DNA from: Macrostomum lignano
Taxonomy: Eukaryota
Length of the DNA stretch: 35,508 nucleotides
Assembly (NCBI GenBank): GCA_002269645.1
Contig: NIVC01004767.1
Span: 1-35,508, forward strand
Direction of reading: 5' to 3'
Part shown: positions 1-11,702 of the stretch, piece by piece
How positions within the stretch are numbered: position 1 is the stretch's first letter
Layout: each line of letters begins with the position of its first letter
The notes under the pieces: generated by a model
Database searches by the model: none
What the model saw: only the letters and a program-made list of their open reading frames with translations
Told to the model about the DNA's origin: nothing
Program-made: the position numbers and the translations under genes

Positions 1-71
1 ACAGACAGGACAGGCAGACAGACAGAAAAACAGACAGGCAGGCAGAAAGACAGACAGACAGACAGACAGAC
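1..71. repeat. (GACA)n microsatellite in a GTF2H4 intron
   Basis: Direct reading: acagacag/gcag units up to the minus-strand donor at 77-76. Confidence 0.95.
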
Positions 72-77
72 ACCCAC

Positions 78-448
78 CTGAGTGGCCTGATCCAAAGCAG
101 GAACCGAAGCGCTTTCGCCGACTGTGAAGCCACCGCCGCCGCCGCCCTCGCCGTCGTCATCCTCGTCGTCATCTTCATCGCTGCCGCTGCCGCGACTTCC
201 GCCGCCGCCGCCACCGCCGGGCACGCACAGTCCGGAGTCCACTAGGAGCTGTTCAACAGCTTTGCTAACTTTTCCCCGTTCAAGTTCGCGCGAGTTCACC
301 ATGAACTGCAGCAGAGAGTCCCAGTGCTCTTTGCGAACTGGTCCAACTGTTCGATGCTGCGACCTCCTTTGTCACTGCCAGCCGAATCTACTGAGCCGGT
401 TTCGTACCAGGCCTGGCCGCCGCCTTGCAGTCCGCGACGGAGGCTCTC
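78..448 (-). CDS. GTF2H4: TFIIH subunit p52 (Tfb2), coding exon 3, with apparent 1-bp deletions
   Basis: Acceptor tatcccAG at 450-449, donor CAG|GTGGG at 77-76. Translation ESLRRGLQGGGQAWYETG...DKGGRSIEQLDQFA[K]EHWDSLLQFMVNS...VSKAVEQLLVDSGL...DQATQ parallels remembered human p52 (NLRIALLGGGKAW...[28 protein letters not shown]...LLLDTPAQ). Needs one frame change near 330-332. Confidence 0.88.
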
Positions 449-564
449 CTGGGATAGTTTGAGAGAATTTGTTTAGAAAGTACAGCCTGTTTTTTGTCAG
501 ACGGAGGCGTATAGTTCATTTATTAGAAAGTAAATACAGATGCTACAGATTTTGCTAAAGAAAA

Positions 565-1422
565 GGCGCCAGCTACAGAGGGGGTGGCGGAGGAGGCGCA
601 GCTACAGATGAGGCGCAAGCTACAGAGATGAGGCGCCAGCTACAGATGAGGCGCCAGCTACAGATGAGGCGCAGCTACAGAGATGAGGCGCCAGCTACAG
701 ATGAGGCGCCAGCTACAGATGAGGCGCAAGCTACAGAGATGAGGCGCCAGCTACAGATGAGGCGCCAGCTACAGATGAGGCGCCAGCTACAGATGAGGCG
801 CAAGCTACAGAGATGAGGCGCCCGCTACAGAAGAGGCGGCAGCTACAGATGAGGCGCAAGCTACAGAGATGAGGCGCCAGCTACAGAAGAGGCGCCAGCT
901 ACAGATGAGGCGCCAGCTACAGAGATGAGGCGCCAGCTACAGAGGGGTCAGGGGGTGGTGGCAGCTACAGAAGAGGCGCCAGCTACAGATGAGGCGCAAG
1001 CTACAGAGATGAGGCGCCAGCTACAGAGATGACGCGCCAGCTACAGATGAGGCGCCAGCTACAGATGAGGCGCAAGCTACAGAGATGAGGCGCCAGCTAC
1101 AGAGATGAGGCGCCAGCTACAGATGAGGCGCCAGCTACAGATGAGGCGCCAGCTACAGATGAGGCGCAAGCTACAGAGATGAGATGCCAGCTACAGATGA
1201 GGCGCAAGCTACAGAGATGAGGCGCCAGCTACAGAGATGATGCGCCAGCTACAGATGAGGCGCAAGCTACAGATGAGACGCCAGCTACAGACGAGGCGCC
1301 AGCTACAGAGATGAGGCGCCAGCTACAGAAGAGGCGCCAGCTACAGATGAGGCGCCAGCTACAGAGATGAGGCCCCAGCTACAGAGATGAGGCGCCAGCT
1401 ACAGTTGAGGCGCCAGCTACAA
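565..1422. repeat. 18/20-bp minisatellite GAGGCGCCAGCTACAGA(GA)T, about 45 copies, intronic
   Basis: Direct reading. It fills most of the GTF2H4 intron 449-1496 and produces the repetitive MRRQLQ ORF. Confidence 0.95.
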
Positions 1423-1496
1423 AGATCTCTGTGACGAGTCATTAAATTTGGTAAATTTGGTAAGTAAGCAACTAAGTAAGCTTTAGTAGAACTGAC

Positions 1497-1707
1497 CTGA
1501 AATTCTGGTTTTATCCGATAACTGGCCATCCCACCAGCAGCGTCAACTGATTCCAATATTCTAAGCCGTTCAAGCACTTTTAAAGCCTCCGGCAGTTCAG
1601 ACTGCTGGGCCTCTTTAGTAAACCAGGCCAATACCACTTTCTTGGGTATTACAGATGGAATAAAAAGCAGTCGGACAAGCAGGTGCTTGCCTAGCGTTGG
1701 GAGCTCA
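1497..1707 (-). CDS. GTF2H4: TFIIH subunit p52, coding exon 2
   Basis: ELPTLGKHLLVRLLFIPSVIPKKVVLAWF...LERLRIL...YRIKPEFQ resembles p52 [28 protein letters not shown]...LRIW...LNPIFRQ. Acceptor ttttAG at 1709-1708, donor CAG|GTCAGT at 1496. Phases fit both neighbouring exons. Confidence 0.92.
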
Positions 1708-1783
1708 CTAAAAATGCCAATTAATAAACAGTATTTTATAAACTGCAATTTTTTTTACAAAAAAATGAATACAATTACCATAC

Positions 1784-1878
1784 CTGAACAAACTTGTAAC
1801 TGTGTAAGAATTGCTGTAAATCTTGTTAATAACTGTCAAGTCCAGCGAGGACAAAAACTCAAACATAGCCTTCACCAT
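1784..1878 (-). CDS. GTF2H4: TFIIH subunit p52, coding exon 1 (probable ATG at 1878)
   Basis: MVKAMFEFLSSLDLTVINKIYSNSYTVTSLF resembles the p52 N-terminus ([27 protein letters not shown]). Donor AG|GTATGG at 1783, 76-nt phase-2 intron. An acceptor lies 5 nt upstream of the ATG (1885-1884), so the start codon is not certain. Confidence 0.85.
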
Positions 1879-3344
1879 AGCAACTGATTGGCATGAAATA
1901 ATAAGCATTGGAATGTGCATTGATGCAAAGTAAAATGAAGTTTCTTTAAAAAATAGTTTTATAGATCAATGACAATCAATCAATCAACATTTTGTGACAA
2001 CATAGCTTTGCTTAGCATGCAATTTAAATCTTATTTCCTATTAGCCTCATCAATCATCATAAGGCTCTCTTTTGATTTGTTTGTTTTTTAATTACTTATA
2101 AGTTCATTACTCTTTTTTTATTTTTCTTCACTTTTAGGCATAGGCCTAACATGCTTAGGCACAACCTAGGGATTAACCTGGCCATATGAGGCCTAACATA
2201 ATTAGATATAAAAACCTTCTTACTTGTATATATTTCTATACTCTAAATAGATTAATACTACAGGTCTACTTGGATCTTGTTTTGTTTCTAATTTCAATTT
2301 CTTAAATATCAATAATTGCATAAATAACTTATTGATTAAATTGGTATTTACTATAGATTATTTTCCATTTTTATTAGCTAAGGCCTAAACAAATAGAGTA
2401 TTCAGTTTATTTGCAAGGATCAATCAAGCTTTATCTTTTCTCTATAAAATATATTGTCTTTAGTTTTAAATGGTATAAATGGAAAATAGTATCCAATATA
2501 TTTCAATATATCAATAATTTTAGCTTCAAACAGTAGTTTTTACCTTGTCAGATGCCTTTTGTCCACTTATTTCAATAGGGCAGTTGATTATCAAATTATA
2601 TAGTTTATCAATAGAAAAATAATAGATTCATTAGGTCCTTTATAATAGATAGACATTATAGCTTTAGTTCTTAGATAAAAGCTAAGCTAAAACAAAAACA
2701 TTTGTTTTACTACCCTTCTTTTATGCAATATTCATAAGCCTCTAGCCTAGTAAATGCATCATATTATAAAACAAAAGTAATTAGTTGTTTACCTTAAACC
2801 ATTTTATCGTAGACTTTTCCTAGACTACTTTGCACCTAAAACAAATTTAGTCATAAATATTAATAGTTACTTTTATAGCCTTTTTTTCATTGTATATTTT
2901 TAACTAAGTTCTATGACTAACTAAGAAATTGACTATATCATAACTTCTTTAATCAACTTGATTTAAAATGATTCTAAATCAAAATATATAGTATAATTTA
3001 TAAATGATATAATCAGGAAGGCAGTAGATTTCATTGAATTTTCTGGTACAAATAGGCTTTTTTCTAGCATACTTGGTATATTTGGCATATTCAGTATAGA
3101 AATAGGCCTAATATTAACAATAAAATTATGTAAAAAAATTTAATTATAGTAACTTTTACAACAATCATTCATTTTATTATAAACATGAAAGTTTGCTCAA
3201 AGTTTAAGTTTAAGTTTAATTCAATTTGAATGAAAACAAAGCGATTGCAAGTGATTGAGTCTAGGAATAACATTGATAGTATAAGTTATAAACAGATTTT
3301 TAAAGTTTGTTTTTGGGATATTGACGCCAACCAAAAAGGCACCA

Positions 3345-3790
3345 AATGCCAATGATCTTGCCCTGCTGTCCTTGACCATCAAGGGTGCCCAAAGCCAGCT
3401 GGACTAGCTAGTGAGCATTGTGGCAAGCATTGGCCTGGTGGTCAACATGCAGAAGACCATTGTGCTTTGTGCACTGGACAACATCAAGGCTGCAATTTTC
3501 TTCCCAACAAGACAGAAGACAAAGCTTCCATGTTGTCAGCAGTCTGTCTACCTTGGCAGTCTGGTACCTGACATTTGCGAGGACCTATGATGTTGCCATA
3601 GACTTGCCTAGGCTGCCTTCTGTTCCACGAGGGTTGTCCTACAGTCTGAGGCCCTGTCTACTACTAGAGACTATTGGTTCAGGCAGTGATCAAGACCATC
3701 CTATTGTACAATGCCGAGACCTGGACACTGATGGATTTGCTTGAACAGATGATTGATGTAGTGCACACTGGCCTGCTGTTTTGTGCAGTT
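3345..3790 (+). mobile_element. Degenerate non-LTR retrotransposon (RTE-like) reverse-transcriptase C-terminal fragment
   Basis: Reads NANDLALLS (decayed YADD), GLVVNMQKT, VYLGSLV and IKTILLYNAETWTL, interrupted by stops and a frameshift. Confidence 0.85.
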
Positions 3791-4198
3791 TTTTTGTTGT
3801 ATATTCCAATGTAGGGGCCTATACTCAACATGATCTAAGAGTATGGAATATAGGTCCTATACTCCCAAATATGCTATTTTTTGGGGACATTCTTGTATGC
3901 AATAAGGTCCCACTTTAGGCAATCTAGTACTGCCTGCATTGCATGCATTAAGGAGTTAGCAAAGTTTTTTGGTATGTTTGTGTAATAGTGCTATATATAA
4001 AAATTACAAATACATGCCAAATATAGCTCTATAGTCAAAGCTATTTAGTAGCTATGCCATATAAAATTTTTAGTACTTTTAAAACATGAGATGATACTTA
4101 TCATTTTTGATTGATTTTTTTTTAATTTGATTTTAATATACATTGTTAATTTAATAGCCTAACTGAAAAGCAAAGAAATACATTTATTTAAAAGGCCA

Positions 4199-4647
4199 TA
4201 GTCAGGAAGGTGGCCTTTGCCATGGAAAATTTCTGCACACACAAGGGGTCCTCAGTGCACTTGGCACACAATCATGGTGTACACTGAGGTCCTTCGCGCA
4301 TATGGCGCACAATCATGATGCACACGGCACACTGAGATCCCTAGCGCATGCGGCGCATAATTGTAGCATATAAGGTCCCTGACATATGCAATGTTATGCA
4401 TAACTTTGATACATAAGGAATCAGAATAGAATCTTTATTAGCATAAAACCAGTGTAGCATATTGAGTCTGTATGAATTCTAAAAATTTTGTAAATTTGTT
4501 ATAATATATATAATTTATGTAAATTATGTAAATTACATAAAATAAAGGCATAGACATAGCACATAGATGGTGTACAAATGGCGCATAGATGGCACAGAGT
4601 TTGTCTCAAAAAATTTATTCTGGCGCACACTGCCACTTTCCTGACTG
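4199..4647. mobile_element. Possible degenerate MITE
   Basis: Left end (T)AGTCAGGAAGGTGGC; right end reverse complement CAGTCAGGAAAGTGGC. Interior has ggcgcac/ggcacac repeats. No matching TSD found. Confidence 0.4.
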
Positions 4648-5649
4648 GATTTAACGTAGCAAAAAGGGAAGCATTTCAATAAGCATTGTTAATTTATAAC
4701 TTATATAAATTTGGTAGATTTGGTCCAACTTTCCTGTACCCTGTATGCATGCAGAGCAAAAAAATATTGCATGTATGGTAGGCCCTACATACTTGGGACT
4801 ATAATATAGGCCTAAGATTAGCTTAATATACATAATACAAATATAATTATAATATATTTTTTGTATATTATATAGGCCTAATGAGTTTTATAATGGCCAA
4901 AAGAGCCTATGCTATGGCTAGACCTAGCCCTAGGCCTATAGGAGTATAGCTAGGCCTAAACTAGCTTATGGGCCAAATGGTCTGGTTTACATAAAAAATT
5001 AAAAATGTATATAGTTAAAATGGTTTGTGGCAAAACAACCAGAATTTAAATAAGAGCAAAATTAATTGTTAGTAGTAGTACTACTTGTATAATTGAGATA
5101 CTTCTATTGTATTTCTTTCTATAGAATTTTTATTAACTAGGCTAGGGGGCCTAGCCAATGAAATGAATGGCAAGAAACAAGTTGACTAGCTGGCTGGGGT
5201 TGTATGAAATTTATTGCTCTAATTTGCATTAAAATACAGTTCATATACATTTTACCAGTTTTTTTCAATTTAAAGCATTTAAAGCAAAGTATAGGCTTAA
5301 CATGCATAGGTAATGCGTAGCTTCTGCTTATACAACATTGCAGAATCAGTAGTAACTACCCCTACTAACTTAGTAACTTGCTTAGGCCTACTGTCTGTTA
5401 GTGTTAATTGAGTAGACAATTAAAGCAAGGCAGCTTGTACACAGTTAGGCAGTTTTTTGAGAAAAATAGGGCTATAGGTGTACAGTATATCGTTATTGTT
5501 CCAAATGTTCAATAGATTGACATGAATATCCAATCTAACTCAGAAATTGACAATTGAGTAATAAATAACTCATGCCAAATTTGTTTTAGGATAAAATTGT
5601 TATAAAATATAACACAATCTCCGTCTTAAAATTAAATGTGTCTATCTAT

Positions 5650-7857
5650 TTTCTATGAAGCTGCTAGTAACGTTAAAACAATTTTGTACTAGACTTATAA
5701 ATAATCGACAGATATAGTAGATTTAAAGTTACTTTGGACAAACTTAACTGTATTTTAGTAAACTTTGTAATAGAAAATAGTCAAATACCATTGTTAGTGA
5801 TGATGTCATCGATGCTATCGCAGCCCGCTTTATTTTCTTGCAAGCGTGCGCACGCACGCTCAAAACGGCTTGCAATTTTGACTCTCGCGGCATTTGCTAG
5901 CTTTTGGGTGACTAACCATATAGTACAATGGAATATTATTTTCACTTTGGCATACTTACTTGGATTACTAAACAAATATTTACCCCATTGGAATTAGCTT
6001 TTTACGGCCAAAAATGTTAAGTATGCAGCAGAATAATATTCCTCTTCTCAATTAGTCATTCCTTTTTGATGCTCTTGATCTTCCTACGCGTAGCCTACTT
6101 TAATCTAAATAATAACTGGTCCAGATAGCAAGGTTCCTGACCCCTATAACCCTTTTTGTTAATATGAATGATGGCAGAATTCGATATATCCACTATCCTT
6201 CCTAGGAAAGAAAGAAAACGTACCGAATACATGGACTAAGTAAGAGCTGCTATAGCTATTATTCACAGACACAATTTAAACCTGCTTCAGCTGTCCCTAG
6301 TATCAGGATGTGTATGCAAATTGCGCGTACTGCATACATGTGTACACAAGCTGTCCCTGCGTAACAAATTAAGCAACAATCGATCATTAATGGGGTTATT
6401 TGGCAGAGCAATTTCTAAAGATACATGTATTTTTTGACGGTTAGTCAAGTTTAAGCTGTGTGTACTTTTTTTGCTCCAAGGGCAAAATGCAGTCATATAT
6501 TGGAATATGTAGATAATCGAACGCATAAATAACCGTGCATGTACATGTAGAATTGCTTCAGCAGGCCAAGGGTTTTATGGTATACAGTGCATTTGCATGT
6601 AGATTAAAGTGAAGTTCCTAAATAGTGCTGCTCCTATATTACATGTACACTGTGATAGATTGTCTTACGAAGCCATAAATTGTTTCGCCGCAGTTGTATG
6701 TACTTTATTGTTATTCATTTTTTACGAGCGCGTACGGATTCTTGCCGCGGCCGGCAAAAAAAGAATACGAGTGTAAAGAAATAAAAAATCGATGCAACAT
6801 GTACCTATGATATGCACGCGAGGCCTGATCGTAGCCTTCTTCCAAGTCACATCCGCAACTGATACCGATACTAACATAAACTGTTGCATCGCCATTTTTG
6901 GTTCATGCACATCCATCTACATGCGTGTGTGCATGCTGCAGCTAATATTGTAGGAGCAGCTGTTGTGCATATAAAGCCCGTCCTCCAACCACTCCAAAGC
7001 ATTTCGTGCGGCTTTGGGCCTTTCCATCGACAGCACACCGTGAAGTGAATGGGGGGGCGACTACTGCAAATGGCAAGATGGCTGCACACACTGCGCGCTT
7101 TTTCCTTGAAGCCTTGTCAGTGGGCAACCCAATATCGCGGCGTTGGTGCAGTGCTGGCACACAGTCAGTTGTTTAGCGATGGGAAGATACGAGCTAACCC
7201 ATATATAGCTTTGAAAAGCGTATTGCAAATACGGCCTGAAGCGTTTACCAACGAATAGAAGAGTGGAGATTCGGTAGTTTCTGCGCACGGGGTTGACCCG
7301 AATAGGGAACGCACTAACAATCGATTTTTCGCTTCTCCATTCCTGATGCAGCTTCCCCCCCTCTCTCTCTCCGTCTGTGTTTCGTCAAAAATGTGCGCAA
7401 AGTCATGGGGGTTAGAATATATTTCCTAGAATGGCCAGCGGATGCCTTCTATGCTGCATCTACGTGGGCTGAAGGGCCAAGGTTACCGCCATGGTGATCC
7501 ATTGCGCCTGCACAATCGAGGAAAATGTATGTAATTTGCTCGCTAGAATGTACGCTTGGGTCTGGGTAGCGGGGGAGTTAAACTTGCAGCAACTTATGGG
7601 ATGCGGCGAAGGACGTCGCAGAAGGAGGGGGAAAGGAAAGAGACGGAAGAGGTCTAGAGATGAATCGCTGCGAAGGGAGACGGGGGTAAACGATTTAAAA
7701 GTCACGTCCCATAGAATTTTTGCTTCCGTGTTCGTACTGTTCGCAAGGAATATTTGGAATTTGAAAAAGAAATACGATTTCTTTGGTACATCGCACTCAA
7801 AGCTTAAGACTCAGAGTGGTACTCAAGTCTACGAGATTCGAACGAGGTCTCGTTGTC
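5650..7857. promoter_or_regulatory. CpG-rich interval between divergent genes, likely containing both promoters and 5' UTR exons
   Basis: CpG density rises sharply near 5650. Strong minus-strand donor CAA|GTAAGT at 5959 could end a GTF2H4 non-coding exon. The TSSs cannot be located from sequence. Confidence 0.45.
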
Positions 7858-8521
7858 ATGCGATTTTTAGGTCCTAGAACAGCAACGCCGTTAGCATTGT
7901 CTCTGATGGTGCTGACGCTGATGTTGCAGAGTCTGCTTGTTCCAACGGACGCCTTGTCAACTAGCTGCAGCAGTCCCTGGCAGCTCGATCTGGAGGTTCT
8001 GTTTAAAGGTGACTCAGCGGCCGGCTCAAGGCGCAGCATGCTAGGTCTGTCTGACGAAGAGTCCGCCCAGTTGCTCCTGACAACCAGCGGCGACGCGAAA
8101 CTCGGCCTAAAGTCGTCGGCATCGCTGAACGAGGAGGCTGAAATAGCCGCATCAACTGGAAGACTGCCGCGCCATCGCTGGGTCAATCTGACTGTGCGGC
8201 TATCCACCAACTCGGATGGCAGCGACACCGTCTGGCTGCTGCTGGTGGATGGAGTGCCGAGCGCTCGGGCTCCAACAACGACTCCTCCTCTCCTAATCGG
8301 CCCACTGAGAGTCACCTGGCTGCTAGGCAAAAATGACACTGGCACTGTGGTTAGAAACACCTTCGTAACTTTTGGCTGCAACGCCACACCCGAACGGCTG
8401 GTCGGAGGAGCCAATTGGCCCTATTTTGACAACTGCGTTGGCAAGTCCAATAACTGCCCTGTCGGCTGCGAGTGCCGAGCCACTGACGGCGACAATGTCT
8501 GCTCCTGTCCAAAAGCAGCAG
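7858..8521 (+). CDS. Exon 1: signal peptide, LamG-like segment, EGF-like Cys module
   Basis: MRFLGPRTATPLALSLMVLTLMLQSLLVPTDA hydrophobic leader; HRWVNLTV...LLVDG; CVGKSNNCPVGCECRATDGDNVCSC. Donor G|GTGAGT, phase 1. Confidence 0.85.
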
Positions 8522-9160
8522 GTGAGTTTTGCTTAGTATAGTTAATACTATCAGATAGCTGCATCATTAAAGCACTTCTGTCTAAGCTCTAATAAAAGTA
8601 AAATTGAGATAATAGCCACCTAGTTTATGACAACTGGCAACAACTCTGGAATCTACGACTCTACAAGTTATGACAGTGTCCAGTCGTCACTGAAGGAAAG
8701 TTCAAGATTATTCTATCCAGCTTTCATCAGGGCATAGGGCCAAGAAGATTAGTTTAGTGGGAATTTCTCTCCCCTCCCCCGTTGCTGATAACAGTTGCTG
8801 CTATTTAGGAATTGGTTGGGCCCTTATCAGTGCGAGGTTGTGAACGTTTATGACCTCAGCTGGGTTGCATGAGTGGGGATTAGTGTTGGAGCGGAGTGGA
8901 CGCGAGCGCTGGGTGAAAAGTGGTGAATAGGGATCCCCCTGCAACTGACAAGCGAATATCTTTATGCGTACCTTAGATCCCCCTCCAGTGATGACTCATT
9001 GTATCCGTTTGGCAAACTGGCTTCATGACGAATGGTCGTCCATTTTGTCCAATATTCTTTTTCAAAAAAATTTCTTCAAGCATAATCTTGCACATCCTTT
9101 TCGTCTGATATGGAATGCCAATCAATAGCACTGGCACTGATTATTTCATGGGATTTCATC

Positions 9161-9736
9161 AGAATTTCATGGGATCTGGAACTCTAATAGCCACAGAATT
9201 TCATGGGATCTGGAACTCTAATAGCCACAGAATCTCATGGGATCTGGAACTCTAATAGCCACAGAATCTCATGGGATCTGGAACTCTAATAGCCACTGGA
9301 TCTCATGGGACCTGGAACTCTAATAGCCACAGAATCTCATGGGACCTGGAACTCTAATAGCCACAGAATCTCATGGGACCTGGAACTCTAATAGCCACAG
9401 AATCTCATGGGATCTGGAACTCTAATAGCCACTGGATCTCATGGGACCTGGAACTCTAATAGCCACAGAATCTCATGGGACCTGGAACTCTAATAGCCAC
9501 AGAATCTCATGGGATCTGGAACTCTAATAGCCACTGGATCTCATGGGACCTGGAACTCTAATAGCCACAGAATCTCATGGGACCTGGAACTCTAATAGCC
9601 ACAGAATCTCATGGGATCTGGAACTCTAATAGCCACTGGATCTCATGGGACCTGGAACTCTAATAGCCACAGAATCTCATAAGACCTGGAACTCTAATAG
9701 CCGCAGGATCTCTTAGGATCTGGAACTCTAATAGCC
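9161..9736. repeat. 34-bp minisatellite CACAGAATCTCATGGGATCTGGAACTCTAATAGC, about 17 copies
   Basis: Direct reading; period 34 (9191 to 9225). Confidence 0.95.
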
Positions 9737-10604
9737 TCTGAATCTAGTGAAAATTTCATTGCCAATAGAACTGGATATTTTGTGACTTATAGAATTTAAT
9801 ATTGCCTCTGTATATGCAACAACTAACAGCTGGCTATAACAAAACTACACGCTCGAGGAGTGCTACAGAAGCAGTTTGAACGAAGAAAGAAAAATCTCTG
9901 TGCTGCATTTAGGCAGAGCATCGCAGTTTCGCACAGAATGCGTCTGTGTGAAAATGTGAGCTGCAAGTTCCAACTATTATAACAACTGCGGTAACTAAGT
10001 CTTCATAAGCGTCTGGCTGAACAGAAAACTCTTTGTATAAATTATTTATACGCGGCATCTCGGCAAAATTAATAACAGCTTAAAGATTATTACAAAACAA
10101 CACGTCTTATAACTATAATTTCATCATGCCTTGCGGCCAAATTTTGGCTTGTGTCGTTTTGTTCGCTGCTGCCGCCAAACCACTGATTATGGATCAAATT
10201 TGTAAGTCTTTCACTCGTTGAGGGGGGAGTTGATCTTCCAAGAGCAACCGGTATATTTCCAGGAATGTCCAGCATCGGAATGTATTGTGAAATTATTGAG
10301 TCAGACACGTACTCCTATTAACCTCAAAACCTTCACATCGGTTGTAATCTTGGCCAACATTCTTGGTCACTTTCACAAGCTAGAAACTGATTAGTTGAAT
10401 TGGTTTAAATTGTGAACTGACGGAAATGATTAGCAAGACTTTTCGAGCAGTGAAGTTTCGAGTTTCTGAAACGCCTTAGTTAATGATACATTGGTTCTCC
10501 TCAAAACACATTACTGAATCACCAAAACCTTTGAATCACCAAATGCTTAACTTTTTTGCAAATTTAAGGGAGTTTAGAATGTACGTGTTTTGTACAAGCA
10601 AGAT

Positions 10605-10925
10605 GGTTGTAGCTTATTACTAGTTAGAGCGTAGGACTCACGACTGAAATGTCGGGGGTTCGATTCTGGACCCAATCGAAACCATTTGTGTCCTTGAGCA
10701 AGACATTTTCCTTGAGCATTGCTTCAGTTCACCCAGCTGTAAAATGGGTGCCAGCATTAGCTGTGGTAATTGAGGCTGTGTGTGGCGACCCCCCAGTCCT
10801 TGGACTGAACAGCCGTACGCAGCCTTCAGATGCGCCGCGCAATAGCTGCGGCTGAGCTGTCGGCTGCACATCTGGCCCAATGGGGGCAGGTGTAATCACC
10901 TATTATTATTATTAATATTATTATT
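10605..10925 (+). mobile_element. tRNA-derived CORE-type SINE, copy 1
   Basis: tRNA-like head (GGTTGTAGC...TAGTTAGAGCG; B box GGTTCGATTC). CORE-like GTGTCCTTGAGCAAGACA...CAGCTGTAAAATGGG. (TTA)n tail. A related copy lies at 26550-26844. Confidence 0.8.
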
Positions 10926-10983
10926 AATTTTGTTATACTACTATATAAGCAAGACACTTCGCACCTTAAATAAACCATTTTAG

Positions 10984-11573
10984 CCGGCTGTCCTCAGGAG
11001 CGCTACAGCCTTCGATTCGCCTCGCCATCTCTATCAAACGCTTTATTTGACGTATTCGGCGACGGAGTCACCTTTTCTGGCATCGCCGGCGTCAGCCTGA
11101 CGGAGGGCGCCAACTACCTGACGCTGAGGCCGTCAGCCGCTGGCCAGAGTCGCTGCTTAGCCAACGGAGCCTGCGCGAGCTGCGGCTTCTACATCCGACT
11201 GGTGTTCAAGACCGGCCTGGGGCATCAGGACTTCGCGCTGCTGTACGCTGGCACCCTCGGCCTAAGCGTTGGCGTGGATTCGAGCAATCGTCTCATTGCT
11301 AGCCTGGTTTCTAAGGACGCCGAGGGTCGTTGGTATCGATGGACAGTCGCTGGAGGAGTTGTGGCCGAGAATGAATGGAGCCTGGCCGAGATCGCCTGGC
11401 ATCCGGCCATGGCTGGCGGCTTGAGACTCGAGCTGAACGGCCACCGTGTCGGACAGTCGACGGGCACCGAGATGAGCGCGGCGTTGCCATGGGAGTCCCA
11501 GCCCAAGGATTGGTACCTCGGCCGGGATCCGGTCTCGCCAGCCAAGCCCGTCATTGAGGATAAGAAATTGACG
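10984..11573 (+). CDS. Exon 2: pentraxin/LamG-like domain 1
   Basis: Acceptor ttttAG, phase 1. Stop-free AGCPQERYSLRF...SRCLANGACASCGFYIRLVF...EWSLAEIAWHP...LRLELNG...WYLG. Donor ACG|GTGGGA is weak. Confidence 0.82.
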
Positions 11574-11702
11574 GTGGGAGATAAATCCTGTTTCATATTT
11601 TAGACTATGCTAAAGATGTACTGTAAGTAAAGATGTAAAGATTTACTCAGAAATAGAAGGTACACTGAGTCCTATAAATCTTTGACCAACCCGCCACCTC
11701 AG

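Noticed and set aside
372-374. TGA as selenocysteine or read-through in GTF2H4 exon 3
   Set aside because: The p52-like sequence upstream is in another frame; a 1-bp deletion at 330-332 explains the pattern.
124-462. Plus-strand Pro/Ser-rich ORF
   Set aside because: Antisense shadow of the Gly/Asp-rich GTF2H4 exon.
4651-4833. ORF containing GKLDQIYQ as the first GTF2H4 exon
   Set aside because: No phase-2 donor or downstream motif; 1784-1878 fits far better.
8988-9108. Intronic C/D-box snoRNA (GTGATGA at 8988, CTGA at 9105)
   Set aside because: The terminal stem is out of register for a kink-turn, there are no clear C'/D' boxes, and the guide could not be tested.
10090-10308. 72-aa minus-strand ORF in intron 1
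   Set aside because: No recognisable motif or convincing splice context.
10605-10680. tRNA gene
   Set aside because: A and B boxes are present but there is no clean cloverleaf, and the sequence continues into a CORE-like body and TTA tail shared with a second copy, so it is a SINE head.
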